Part shown: piece by piece, positions 15,001 through 41,900 of the stretch
How the letters are laid out: every line of letters starts with the position of its first letter
Position numbering within the stretch: position 1 is the first letter of the stretch
NCBI GenBank assembly: GCA_964035545.1
Contig: OZ037768.1
Coordinates: 23,531,319 to 23,595,318, forward strand
Origin: Bugula neritina
Lineage: Eukaryota > Animalia > Bryozoa
Direction: 5' to 3'
Length of the DNA: 64,000 nt
Notes under the pieces: generated by a model
Database searches by the model: none
What the model was told of the DNA's origin: nothing
What the model saw: only the letters and a program-made list of their open reading frames with translations
Program-made: the position numbers and the translations under genes

Positions 15001-16219
15001 GTAAAACTTATCCAACTTTAAAACACAATTCTATAAAGTGTGAGAGGATTGAAACCTGATGCACTCATCTACATACTAAACTTTGCACCATTTCTGTGAG
15101 GCAACATATAAAACCTCAGCAAAGAGAACTGCACCAATAGTTTAGCGGATTACTAGAAAGTTGAAGCAACTTGAATCTTTTTGAATAAAAGCCGAGACAA
15201 GCAAATAAAATGTCTTTCAACAGTATTATCATGAAATATTTCTACCACATTTTACTAGACTGACCTCTGAATGGCTCCATATAATTTTGTTGCTGTTGGC
15301 ATCTGTTTCTTCTTCACTCTCCGTTTCACTAAAAGAGTTGTTGGTCAACGAACCACTGCAAGTAATAAACAACTTGGTGCAAGAAGCTAAGTTTAAAATA
15401 ATTACCGTGTTCTTGGAAACTTTGCACACTTAAAAGTTAAATGTAATACTAATAGGAATTGCTCAAAATTACATGAATCTGAATCATTTGGAAGCATATA
15501 TTGAGATTTGGTGATGGGCAAATTTTGACTCAAGTTAAGATTTTAGTCTTCAAATTGAATAATTTCTAATTACAGGGTTGAACTTGAATGTGTATCATTA
15601 TAAAACTTATAATTGACTATTGCAATATTTGTATTAGAATTATGACATTTACTGATACTACAAGAGATATAATAATAATGATAATCAAAGTGATAGCACT
15701 ACTACTAGTAGCAACACTACACTTTACAATAACTAAGCCCAAACCTTATACAAAATAAATTAAAAAAAAACATTATTAATTTAAACTGAAAGTATTTTAC
15801 ATCTAGAAGTTAGAACTATCAAAATTAGGAAGGCACATTAAATTCAATTTTTCAATTTGTTAAAATTAAACTTGATAATTTCACCAATAAGTAATTTCAC
15901 ATTGAAATTTTCAGTCTTTCTGAAACCCGATAGCCGATATGACTATCAATTTTATGGCAACACTGGACCTAGGAGTTGGACTATGTCAGTAGAGTAGATG
16001 ACTAAGAGTAAGTGATAAATCCAACTCTAAGCCTAACAACTACAGTCATGAGTGAGTCACACAGTGACAGTGACTCAGACTGAATGACAGAAACTGAAAG
16101 TCAAAGTGAAAGTGATAATAATAATTACTAAATTAGATTACCAACTGAAAGGTGTTGCTTAATTATTGAAAAAAGAAAAACTTAATGCCTTACTTATTAA
16201 AACAGTGAATCCTATTCAT
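9045..16219 (-). CDS. MYB: Three-repeat (R1R2R3) Myb transcription factor, B-Myb/invertebrate Myb type
   Basis: ATG at 16219 (MNRIHCFN). Spliced repeats IIWSHSE|DEKLKHLV...QCKSRW, KGPWTPE|EDQKILDVVKIYG...KQCRDR|WHNHLDP, WTEEEDRL...LGNQWAEIAKYFPGR|TADAVRDHWNS. Conserved C-terminal region KHLPFSPSR|FFNSP and TPTPFKKAL. Last exon 9146-9045 VACGKTDDQLLMTDIAK resembles the B-Myb MuvB-binding segment. Internal exons near 15355-15265, 13713-13558, 13009-12907, 12630-12504, 11592-11441, 11211-10986, 10756-10491, 10405-10157, ~9997-9768, ~9712-9560, 9383-9303. Confidence 0.93.
11598..12475. repeat. 22-bp minisatellite (gacagaacatgtgacagtgtat), about 40 copies, filling the Myb R3 intron
   Basis: Directly visible; the 22-aa periodicity in all three minus-strand ORFs matches a 22-bp unit. 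Confidence 0.97.
12666..12880. repeat. 19-bp minisatellite (gagtatacagagtaactat), Myb intron
   Basis: About 11 tandem copies. Confidence 0.92.
13058..13443. repeat. 22-bp minisatellite (gatggtagaccaccagcagtga), Myb intron
   Basis: About 17 tandem copies. Confidence 0.93.
13942..14165. repeat. 22-bp minisatellite (agtgctaactgtgctataagag), Myb intron
   Basis: About 10 tandem copies. Confidence 0.9.
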
Positions 16220-16748
16220 GGTCAGAAATTCTTGAAGGCAAAATCCATCTAACTTTCCATATGTAAAGCAAGAAAGAAGGTAAAATCTTGTGTAAACTGA
16301 AAAGTGTAAGCACAAGTCGAAGTTGCACACACTAACTTGTCAATTACATATTGCTCAAATAACGCGGTACGCGTCCTAATAACTCGTCCTAATTGGCGAG
16401 GGTTAATCTTAGCATGATTCTTATTAGCTGAAATGTTAGCAGTTACACCAATCGTAACCATTTTACAATAATATTCTAATTTAGTGCTGAGCTGTTCTCT
16501 TCTTAATTCTAAATATAGAAACATCTCCAACCTACTTATAGTAGGTTATGCTCTAAATTTGTCATTTGATTTTATTCGCGAATATTATTCGTTACTTAGT
16601 CAAGTGCTGCTATAAAGCAACTTTTTTTGAATTGAGTACTACGGATAAAATTTTTCACTTTGCTACAGCGTGTTATTAACGTTGTTGTTTATAAAACTAA
16701 AAAGTAAAACTACAAGTAAATTAAATTTAATAATAATTGACACCAGAA
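16220..16748. promoter_or_regulatory. Bidirectional promoter region between Myb (-) and Ras (+)
   Basis: Only 529 bp separate the divergent ATGs. ATTGG/TTGGCG at 16392-16398, palindrome ATTCGCGAAT at 16574-16583, TTTGAA at 16626-16631. Confidence 0.6.
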
Positions 16749-24091
<7,343 letters not shown>

Positions 24092-25726
24092 ATTATTTTA
24101 TTATAGAAGTCCACAATTGATATATTTTGGAATACCTGTGCTTATGAAGTCACTCGAGTTGTGAGGAGTTGTGACCTCCATATAGGCATGCGCCTTTCAT
24201 TGTACTGCTCTGTAAAGTATGGGAGTTATCCTTTCATTTAACAAAATGTGGCTGAGTGGGATGTACTATTCTAGTGACTGACAATATTTAATAACCTGAC
24301 TGGTAATTTCGCTGATGACTCATGCAATGAGCAAATGATGAAAGACAACTTCCACACCCAGACAATCTCGTGTGTGTGTTAAGGATAAACGTCTAAACTA
24401 GTGAAATAATCTACTGTATAGTCAGTATAATGCTGCTGGTTCAACATGGCTTCAATCAGCCCTGCTTCTATTAGAGTGTGTGCCGGGTATTCCAAAATGT
24501 GGACATATTTGTATATTTTTATGACATTTTTCTTGTATAGGTGCAGTGTTGACTGGGCCTATAGGCTTTACACGTTTGTTAAGAAGTTCCTTTTAGCTTG
24601 TATAATTTATATTAGGATATTGTTTAGAGGTGTTATTTAAATTTCACACTAATTGTTCATATAAGAACGTGCTGAGGTTTTTGTGTATAAATCACTTTCA
24701 TGCGAGATTTTGAAACTTGGAAATATTTTCTCAACACTTTGTCACCCAAGCCCGCTATGAATCTAGCAACACTGTTTAAGTTTATATCAATTATGTTACT
24801 GATGATTGCTGCGTTATTATATATAATGTATTGTATAATATTTACAATATTCGCACTATATAATCTATAGTTACCGTAAATTATATTTCACTCTTCATCA
24901 TTCTATTATATCTTTTTAGTTGTTTAAATAGTTGTGGGAAAATCTCAAATTGTTTTTATAAATGTCAGTCAATTGCCAATTGCTAAATATTGATTAGTAA
25001 GTTGAAACAATATTATATTGAGTTTAAAACCTTATTATTTAATAAATTATATAAATTTTAAAGTACATTATTTTATAATACATTTAGCCAACTACCAATA
25101 GCCATGGAATGCAGACAAAAACTATATTGTAACACATGTAATAGATGTAATGTAGAACAGCATTAATAACAATAATATAAAATATAATAGACATTAAAAC
25201 AGATTGTAGACAATATTGAGACAAATGCAGACATAGAGATTTATAGATTAGAGAGTATAACTAGCAATAAATAGAACACATATGCAGCCCCATGCACCCA
25301 GGCACCAGTTGATAACCTCTAAATACACCAGATACTACTGAATATTAGACTAATTATATGCAGGGCTACGAGTACGTACCCTTATCGGCCCTCATGTGGC
25401 TGAAACAGACAAACTAGAGAAAATGCACACAGGCTATATATTGACAAGTTAGAGATGTGCTAGTGCTTTCTACTTAAAGGTGTTTGAGTTAAAAGATGTC
25501 AAAAATAATCTCCGAGGATTCGACTAGACGTGTTTTGGGAAGTGAAGAAATATAACTAGAAATTAGCAAGAACAATATATAAAATAAAGCATCTGGTTGG
25601 TCAGAGTGATTGTTAGAGGAATGGTGAAGAAAACAACAGCTTTTTTATATAATTTTTGAGTAGAAGGTAGTAGTACTTTAGAAATGTTCACGATGATCAC
25701 AATATTTAAATTACAATATATTATAT

Positions 25727-32766
<7,040 letters not shown>

Positions 32767-34230
32767 AACCAACTATTATAGGAATCAATGACAATCAGCA
32801 CATTTGAACTCCTAAAACAAAATAGTACACTTTCAGCTAGCTCAAGCAACAGCACAACCATCTAACATAATTTTATGAGTGATATTAATTATGATTATGT
32901 ATCAATATTAATAAATATCAACTACTATTACAGTAATACTATTACTCTTAGTATTAGTATTACTATTAATATTAAATTTAATATTATCATTGTGATTATA
33001 CTAAAAACAGCTATAACTATTACTATTAGTATTAGCATCACTACGACTATTAGTATTAGTATTAGTATTACCATTAGTATTAGTATCGAGGATATCTAAG
33101 TCTAAAAACTAAAAGTAAAAGCAGTTAAAACTTAGACTTACAGTTAGTGAGTTAAGGTATGACTATGAGTATGACTATGACTATGAGTAAAAAACTAAAA
33201 GTAAAACTAAAACTAAAAGTAAATGCAGCACTTCTGTCACTTAATCTTAAACTTACAGTTACTGTGCACCAGGGTTCACTCTAGACTCTAGTCACTGGTG
33301 TCTACTGGCTAGCATTTGCTGTTACACTTACTGTTAGTGCCACTGTCAGACTTAGTCTTAGTGTGAGACGTCACAGAAAATCAGTTTAAGTTTTAGTTTG
33401 AATTTCACAGAAATGAAATTCAAATTCAAATTGACTTTGAGTTTGAATTTTACTGATTACTCAACTTTGAGATTTAATATCAACCCCCAGCTCTAAGTAG
33501 TTAAAATTTTAAAAAATCACCATGAGCTTGAAATTGTCCGACTTGATCATTGATTAAACTAGTTTATTAAGGAAAATTTTATAAACATCTGGCTAATTCA
33601 GTTATTCGTAACTAATAGCTGAGTTTTACCCACGACAAAAATCTTCTAGCCTGTAGTATTATTAATATCTATTCTTACCTTCACAAAGCAAAGATTGCTT
33701 GTTCTCTTTACTCACACTTGTTCTTCGTCATTAGTTTGACATAAAAATACAAAAACACGTCTTTATTTTAAAGGGCGTTTTTGCATATCCGTTAGGTGCA
33801 GGTGCAGAACCATTTGCCTAACTCAATTAAGCTTAGCAGTTCTGTAAAAATAAATGTACAACTGCAGTGCCAGTGAACGCAGTGGTTTTAAATAAGTTAT
33901 AGGTGTTTTTAGTTTAGATTATGCTATAAGAATTAGTTACTAATAGTTATATGATATATCGCAATCTTAGTAAAATTCAGTAAATTATTCACTCTCGAAA
34001 ATGCATTTCAACTGTTTTAAGAACTTACAGTCATATACTAGTGTATGAATTACTATCGAAGTTAGTTTATTGTGAACATAATTACGTTTATGTAGCAAAC
34101 TATCGTTATGCATAAAATAATTAATCTTATTTTGTATTTATCACGGATGTTTGCTATTTGTAACTATTTTTATTAGATTATTAAATGTGTTGTTTAACTT
34201 TATTTGCAGCAGTCAAGAGTACATACTCTA

Positions 34231-36952
34231 ATGGAGGGCCATAAACCTTATAAATTGTTTATTAATGCTGATGATTTTGGATACTGTCCCAACAGAAATT
34301 CTGCTATTATCGATTGCTTTAAGGCAGGAGCAATTACAGACACTAGTTTGCTGGTGAACAGCTCCTATGTGTTAGATGCAACAAAGCTGGGTCTGGAACA
34401 CAACCTACCCATGGGCAAGGACTTCTCTTTCTCATTGCATGCTATTTTTGTTTCTCAAATTGAATGTAAATTATGTATGTATATTAATAGGCATTACTTT
34501 AGCTGTTTAGAAAATATAAGACAGCATGCTTATGAGTTATACCGTGTGTATGCACATTTCTAATACTGCTTTGTCAAATTAGAGTAGTCGAAAAATGTTC
34601 ATTTGGTCATGGAGCAAAACATAGATGTTACAGCCAATCATGACAGAATATTTGGGAGACAATTTCTAACATTCTTAGCCCATAACTTGGCTCATTAAAC
34701 TAGACATTAAAGATCTATGCATGTGCAAACATTTTCAACTTTTGATTTGTTTAAAAACTAACATGAAATAATATTATGAGAGGCAGTATCTGTGATTTTG
34801 GTGCTGAATGCTAATCAATTAGCGTGAGGCTGTCTTTATGAATATGCTGCTAAAGAATGAAGGGCTTAAAAGACTTTTTGCTCTAAGCCTGTATGTTATG
34901 ATATTTTAATGTTTTTATTGTTTATATAATAGGCTGTAGTTGCCTATAATGCATCATAAAGTATAAAAGTTTTTTGCAAGCATCTAAACTGAATTATTTT
35001 TTTATAGGGTTACACTTCAATATCAGTGAAGGGAAACCTGTGTCTACGCCATCGGAAATCCCATCTCTATTGTGTGACGGGGAACACTTCAGGGGGAAAG
35101 CTGGGGTGGTGGCTGCAGCAGAAAATGGATCTCTGAAAACAGATGAAGTAATTTTCACATCATATTTCTCTGGGTGTTTCCAGTGCATGAAGCATAACGT
35201 GTTGAATAAATAACCAAAAGCATAGTTTTCCGAAGTTTTTTGTATTGAATTTTCATGCTCTTAAGTTAGAAATCTCAAGATTCATTTTATGATAATTTTT
35301 TTTGTTTTAAAATATTGAGAAAAGAATTTATAAAATTTGTGTTTTGCAATTTTTTATATAGATGAGGTTTTTAATTTCTAAGCAATTTTTTTTCTATTGT
35401 GTAAAAGATATACAAAACTAGATTAAGTATTGCTCTAGTCATGGGTGGCAGCCACAGTGTATGTTGACATATGTTTTTTATCAAAACAGGTGAAAAGGGA
35501 ACTGAGATCACAGATTGTAAAGTTTAAGTCACTCACTGGCAGATTGCCTGCAAGAGTAGACGGCCATCAACATGTTCATGTGTTCCCAATAATAAGACAG
35601 GCTTTTGCTGAGGTAACTTGGCTTTTGGGTTCTTAGCATGTAAATACAAATGAAGGTGTTACAAAATTAATTTGCTTCTCTGTTTATTAACATCAAAATG
35701 AAGTTGAGGTCTAGCTTTATGTGTCAAGTTTGTACTGCAGAATTCAATAGACGCTCTTTATAAAAAACAGCTCTACAATACTTATTGGAAATTGTCCTCT
35801 TTCTAAAAACTGCAAATAAATTTATAAATCAAGACCCATAAGAACTGCCACTTGGCTTCTTTCTCTGTGTTTTAAAGTCATTTCAAACCCTAACATTTAT
35901 GCATTGCAACATGTTGTATCGTAGGTCTTGTCTGAATACGGAGTAAAACTGACACGACTCCCAATTGGTCTGTATTTGGGACCAACCGAGATGTTACCAG
36001 AAGAGTTTCTGCAGAAAGTCAGAGAATTTGCTAAGGACAGTCAGGAGTTGTTCTCTCAACATAATCTCAGGTTTTTTTTGTAATACAATTATTGTGTAAA
36101 AATGTGAATACACTTTGTGAATATAATGTGAATTTTGTGCTGAATTTTGGTATCATTTACTTTTGCTACCAAACCTAGGCAATAATTTCACTTAAAGTGT
36201 GTTTCTATTGATAAATATTGTGAGTGTGCTTAACATTAATTCAGTCCAGAATATTAATAGTAAATAATTTAGTTATATTAGAGGAAAGCTCAAGCTCTTT
36301 GGCCAAGTATCTAGAAAATTACATCAGTTTAGTCCAGCGTTCTAAATACAATCTTATTATCTAATATTTTTCAAATATACTTATAAATCATACAAATTTG
36401 AAAGATTATAAATTGAAAATGTACATCAGTTAGCTCTCTGCTTTTCACGTTAAAATTATTAAAAGGTTCTTTAATCATTCATATTATATTCTTGTTATAC
36501 TTCATATATGATCTTCCTGTATTAAACAATGCAGTTGTTGGTGAAGTTTCATTATCCTATTACTGTAGACATCAATTGAGAGGGCGACTCCTAAAAATGT
36601 TCATCAATTAAGAAGACAACTCCTTACAACACTTTGCGTATGTTGCAGATCATCAGATGCGTTCATTGGCTGCTCTCTAGTAAAGATGGAGGAGAATTCT
36701 ACATCTCAGCAAGTGCTGAACTACTTTCAAGTTGCCATGGAGTCATTACCAGCTAATGTAGAGACTGTTGAATTCATGGTTCACCCAGGCTATCCTAATG
36801 AGGCTGAAGACGGGGGCTGTGGAGTGGGGCCCGACAATTATTCAAAGGATATAAGCAGAAAAATTGAGCTTAACTTTTTACTCAGTGATGATTTGAAAGT
36901 GTATTTTGATAGTAAACCATTAACAATACAGTCGTGGGAAAGAAGCCTTTAA
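34231..36952 (+). CDS. YDJC: YdjC/ChbG-family carbohydrate deacetylase
   Basis: Motifs INADDFG, GLHFNISEG, DGHQHVH, EFMVHPG. Exons 34231-34414 (GC donor), 35008-35147, 35490-35612, 35925-~36070, 36649-36952. Confidence 0.93.
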
Positions 36953-37484
36953 ATTTTATATTATTGAGTTGTTTGTTCTATTATACATCACCAAAAACTA
37001 TTTTATTGAATTACATTCATTATAATACACAATTGTACTTTATATCATCTAAATGTTGTAATTTAAAATATTTGAGTACTTTTTAATAATGCACTTAATA
37101 TTAGAATGTTTTACATATAATGAAGCCCAATTTTATGAGTCATGTCAAAATTTTTCTTCTATAAAACTGGTTATAGTTTATATTTAAACGATCATTACAT
37201 GCACTCGCACACGCACACGCACACACACAACTCGTGGCTGCTCATGTGGCTAAACTCAACTAAGGTATATTTGCAGATATAACTTGTAATTGCAATTTCA
37301 ATAAGGAATTTTTGAATATTGAGCTCAAGACTCATTAACTTGTAAAAAGTAATAAGCCTGGTCAAATTAGCACGATTATTTGAATTGCATGCACTTGGCA
37401 GTTATAAACTTATATAGTTAGAAATAAAATATTTTTGTGGTGCGATATTAGAGCTGGTGTACGCATCTGATTGGCTGAGTTTTA

Positions 37485-37537
37485 CACGGTCTGTTGCACT
37501 GAGCTGGAATAGTTCCAGCTCAGTGCAACAGACCGTG
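37485..37537. repeat. Perfect 25-bp inverted repeat with a 3-nt loop
   Basis: CACGGTCTGTTGCACTGAGCTGGAA-TAG-TTCCAGCTCAGTGCAACAGACCGTG. Confidence 0.95.
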
Positions 37538-38246
37538 AATTATTGAGTTCATTGGTCTGTTGACCCTCGTGCTTACTACAAACCAGGATGTACATCGATA
37601 ATTTTGCTGGTAGTCATAATCATAATGGGTCCATAGTATTACTACTTAAAAAGGCTTGAGCACATTCTATCATGACTTTGAACATGGGCTCGAGGTTAAG
37701 AGCCAAAAGCTTGCAAATTTAGGAGGATACTGAGAATAACTATAAGTGTAAGTTGTTTAACTTTATAATTATTCATATTGAAACTAAAAAAGCTTCCGAA
37801 TTAGTAATACTAAGAGTAAGAGTAATAGTACAAGTACTAAAAGCTACAATCGAAATGGAAATGCATGCTTTGATTTGATTTTGATTGTAATTTTAACTTT
37901 ATGTGACGTTCATATTACTGTTTTATGTTAATTTGTGATATTATTTCAGCTATCGTGAAAAAGAGAGAACGTGCTCAAGTTAGTTGATTAACGGAAGAGG
38001 CGGAAGCCGTGATTTATTACCACAATATATACAAGATAATACTAAAACTATTACAATAAGTGAGACAATTAATTATTAAGATTATGACAAAAATAGTAAA
38101 ATAATAAAATAACAAATTACAAATAAATGTTTACATAAACACCGAACAATTACCTCCCTGTTGATCTTTGTCGAGTTTTTCTTCACACTAAACCACTCTG
38201 ATGGGTAGACGGGGTCATTTTTAATCATGGGTTACATGATGTATAG

Positions 38247-38483
38247 CAGGGGTGGGCAACTAGGGGGCCCTCGGGCCACCTGTCGCCCTTTGTCCATTTT
38301 TAGTGGCCCTTTTAAGATAAGTAAAAAACCTGTTATATGCATTTTGATTAGCACAGTATAGGTTTGGTGACAAATTTCTTTATTATAATAAAATTTGTTA
38401 TGTGTGCAATCATCATCACGTGGAACTTCATTTTGGCTGAACTCTGAACTTGGCTCTCATGCAAAAAACATTGTCCTCCCCTG
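38247..38483. mobile_element. Non-autonomous hAT-type MITE
   Basis: TIRs CAGGGGTGGGCAA / TTGTCCTCCCCTG; 8-bp flanks ATGTATAG / ATATATAG (7/8 match), consistent with a hAT TSD. Confidence 0.75.
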
Positions 38484-38907
38484 ATATATAGTATATGTAT
38501 GTAGGCCTACCTGTAGTCAGTAAAGATATATTTAAAAATGATTTACAGTGGATTCAAACAGGCCTGCTTAGCCTGTCTGTGGTAAGAGTGCAGACACCAT
38601 ATGAGTATGGGACCACGCTGTGGTTGCTGTATTTCATCCAAGTTGTTAAAGTTCGTGTTAGTTGATTTTATTTCATTTGAAGTTGAGTTAATGATTCATC
38701 ATTCATTAGTTTAAAAAGTTGTTTGTAAAGTTGTTTAAAAAGTTGTTTGTAAAGTACTATTGTAGTAGGTACAATAAAATTGCTGAAACGACATATCTTG
38801 TAAAACTAAGTCAAAATGTATTGAAAATATTCGAAGACGTTCAAGTTGTACTTGTTAGTATTTTATAATCATTACTTTTTGCAGACTACCTCGTGATAGT
38901 ACTCGAA

Positions 38908-41900
38908 ATGGGCAATAACAACAGTAGGAACACCCTAAGATATGGTTTGTATTACTGAAAGAACATCACTATTGTTATTCTTTAAATTTCATTTGACATC
39001 AATACTATTATTCATTAAAAGATCCTTTTTTGGACATGAAATTGTTATTCACAAAAGCAGCTCAACATTTTTTTGTATTTAAAATCTCTTGTGACTCAGT
39101 ATAATTCAACGGCCATACTGAAATATTCTGCAATCTCTTTCATGTTTGAGAATTGTATATACATGTCCATGTTGATATGCAAGTCTGCAAATTCTCTCAA
39201 CCACCAAGTTCACAAGTTATTTCTCATATAGATAGAATATATGTTTGCAGCATATAAGCAATTTTATACAGGAAAGCATTGAAATGTAGTTTTGTCTCGT
39301 TTTCTACAGAATTGGGATGTAATGTTTGGTACAGGCACTCTGGGGAGGAAGAAATGGACAAAATAGAAGATGTTAATCTCTCGATGTTGCAGTTTGTACC
39401 TGCAACTGATTACTCTAAGATAGATGCTGGAGAACATTATATCACACATATGTATATAGAGTCAGCACATGTCATGCCTCCTCTAGATGTTGTTGCTCCA
39501 CGACTCACTCATCTCACCTTGTCTTTTCTATCTCCAGACCATGATTTAAGCTGGTAGGCCTAGAGCCTTATTTATATGTAAACAAATCTGAAAAAATGGT
39601 TTCAACTGTTTTTATTGTTGCTTTTACCTGTTCGTTTTATTTATTGTTTTTGTTTACAGTTTGAGCCGTCTGCATCATTTGCGAGTTTTGGAATGCAGAA
39701 AATTTTCGAGGTGGTTGGAGAAACTGCCTCCTGAAATATACAACATTCAGTCTCTTGAAGAGTTTCGGGTTGGCTCCTACAACCGAAACTTTCTTCCAAA
39801 GGGGTAAATACTATGTAAATTGGTAACTCGATCTTCTTATTAATTGTATTTTCTTAAAATTCATTTACCAGACTATTTGTTTTTTTATAGGTTAAGGAAG
39901 TTGCAACAGTTGGTCACTTTGCAAATAGACGGAAGCTATTTAAAAACTTCACCTTCTGAAATTGGCAAGCTAACATCTTTAAAGAAATTGATCATTGAAG
40001 CACCAAATGTTAAAACCCTACCCAAAAGGTTACATTTTCATAGTACCCTATTGTAGGCTAAATCTATGCTATATTTTATCCGACCAAGTGTTGTGTGTTG
40101 GATTTGGGAATATTAAAGAACTTAATTATTATTTTTGTCCAGTTTTAAAGGTTTGAAGAATCTGGAGACTTTGCAGTTTACAAAGTTGAGCTTTTCTCGA
40201 GGGTTTCCAAGCCTAGTAACATTTGTGTCTCTAAAGGAACTACATTTTCATTTTTGTCACTTCCCTCGGCAACAAGGCGGGTAAGAAAATATCATGTCAA
40301 GGTCAATCGATGTTGATGCATCTCTTGTTGTACTACTAACTTCTTCAAATCATTGACTTCAGTCTAACTACAGTAATTGTATATAGAATGTACCTCATCT
40401 ATCTTACTGTACTTGTTCATCAGGTTTAGTAGCAATTGGCAGAGTAATACTTGCGCACTACTCTGTCCTACTCTAAATAAAACTCACGCAAGTTTATAGT
40501 CGCTATTCCTGTGAGAAACCCCTGATGGAAAGGGTTTTTGTTTTAGCGGGCTAAGGACTTATTTTAAATGAGACACAGGAGCAATTATGACTGGATGCTC
40601 TTCCTAACATTACCAATGGCCTTTACTGGGGATCGAACCCATGACCTCGTGTTACTAGGCGAACGCTCTAACCCCTAGCCCACGGCTGCTCCTTAGATAA
40701 ATAGATAAATAGGAAAATATAGGGGAGTGTGTCAATCTGTGAGATAGCTGTATGTAGTTAACACAAATATATAACTTTATTCATAAGTAGTGCAACAGTT
40801 CTATTGACTTATAATATCTAATACTTCAATTATAGGAATGCCAATATTCAGTTAACCTTTTCACATCGCTTACTATTACTATACTTACTATACTACACAT
40901 TTTTTTTATTTGAACGTTGAGTAAGTTGAAAATTGACTGTCTACCAGATAGACACATTTGTCCTAATCTTTATGCTTTGTTTTTTTTTTCTCAGCAATAA
41001 CTCAGTTTGAGCTACAAATAGCTGTTTTACTTGCTTAAAACTTTCACACTGTTTCAGTTAACCAAAATACAGCCTTGTTTAGTTGAAGTTTCAATTTAAT
41101 TTTATTTCAAATAAGTTTAATTATGAATTCGAAAAGTCATTAAATAGTTGTGAATAAAGTGATCGTAACCAAAGACAATTTCTGGCTGTGATTAAAAATG
41201 TGTCTTCTGCAGTTCTGGGCCCCGATTGCCAAAAGAGGTTTCCATGCTGACTGGCCTCACTTCACTTAGTCTCATCGACTGCAATGTTGGCAGTCTACCT
41301 GAGAGGTAAATCTAGCAACAAGAGTTTTGTAGTTGAAGTTGTTATATATCCATAAGTTTTATACAATAAGGAGTGTGGGTGGCACATAACATTTAACAAT
41401 CTGGATAACAGCTTCACAATGTTTGATAGTCTACATGATAAATTTGAAATTTACAGCTTAGTAGAACAAGTTCGATGCGACTTCAATTTCTTGCGTCACT
41501 GAATAATAGTGAGTTTAAATATGTTTAGTATTAGTAACTATTCCATCAAGTCCAATACATCTTTTTGGGACTATTTTGTAGCGCGAGAGCTTTACAGAAT
41601 CTGGAAGTGCTAAAGATTACTACGCATGATTTCTTTGAAGAATTTTCACCCGTGATATCAGAGTTTAGGGCTTTGAGAGAATTACGTTTGACAGCATATG
41701 GGATATCCCATCTTCCCATGAGGTAGCAACTTGATTAACAGAAGTCCTGTCCATTATTGAATACTAGCAGGAGTTTAGATGTCAAAATATCCCATCGGTT
41801 TTATTAATCTGTACAAGTTGTTGAATTCCACAAAAAATTTAATGTCAACTAGATATGGTTTTATTTTATGAAATAGTTTTCAATATAACTGCTTACCATG

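Noticed and set aside
32875-33099. Ile/Ser/Thr-rich 74-aa ORF
   Set aside because: Translation of (ATT/ACT/AGT)n low-complexity intron sequence.
34231-36952. YdjC as a bacterial horizontal transfer or contamination
   Set aside because: It has four spliceosomal introns, and YDJC is a normal animal gene.
40620-40692. tRNA gene
   Set aside because: A and B boxes are present but there is no proper acceptor stem; it continues into a SINE body and is absent from the paralogous intron.
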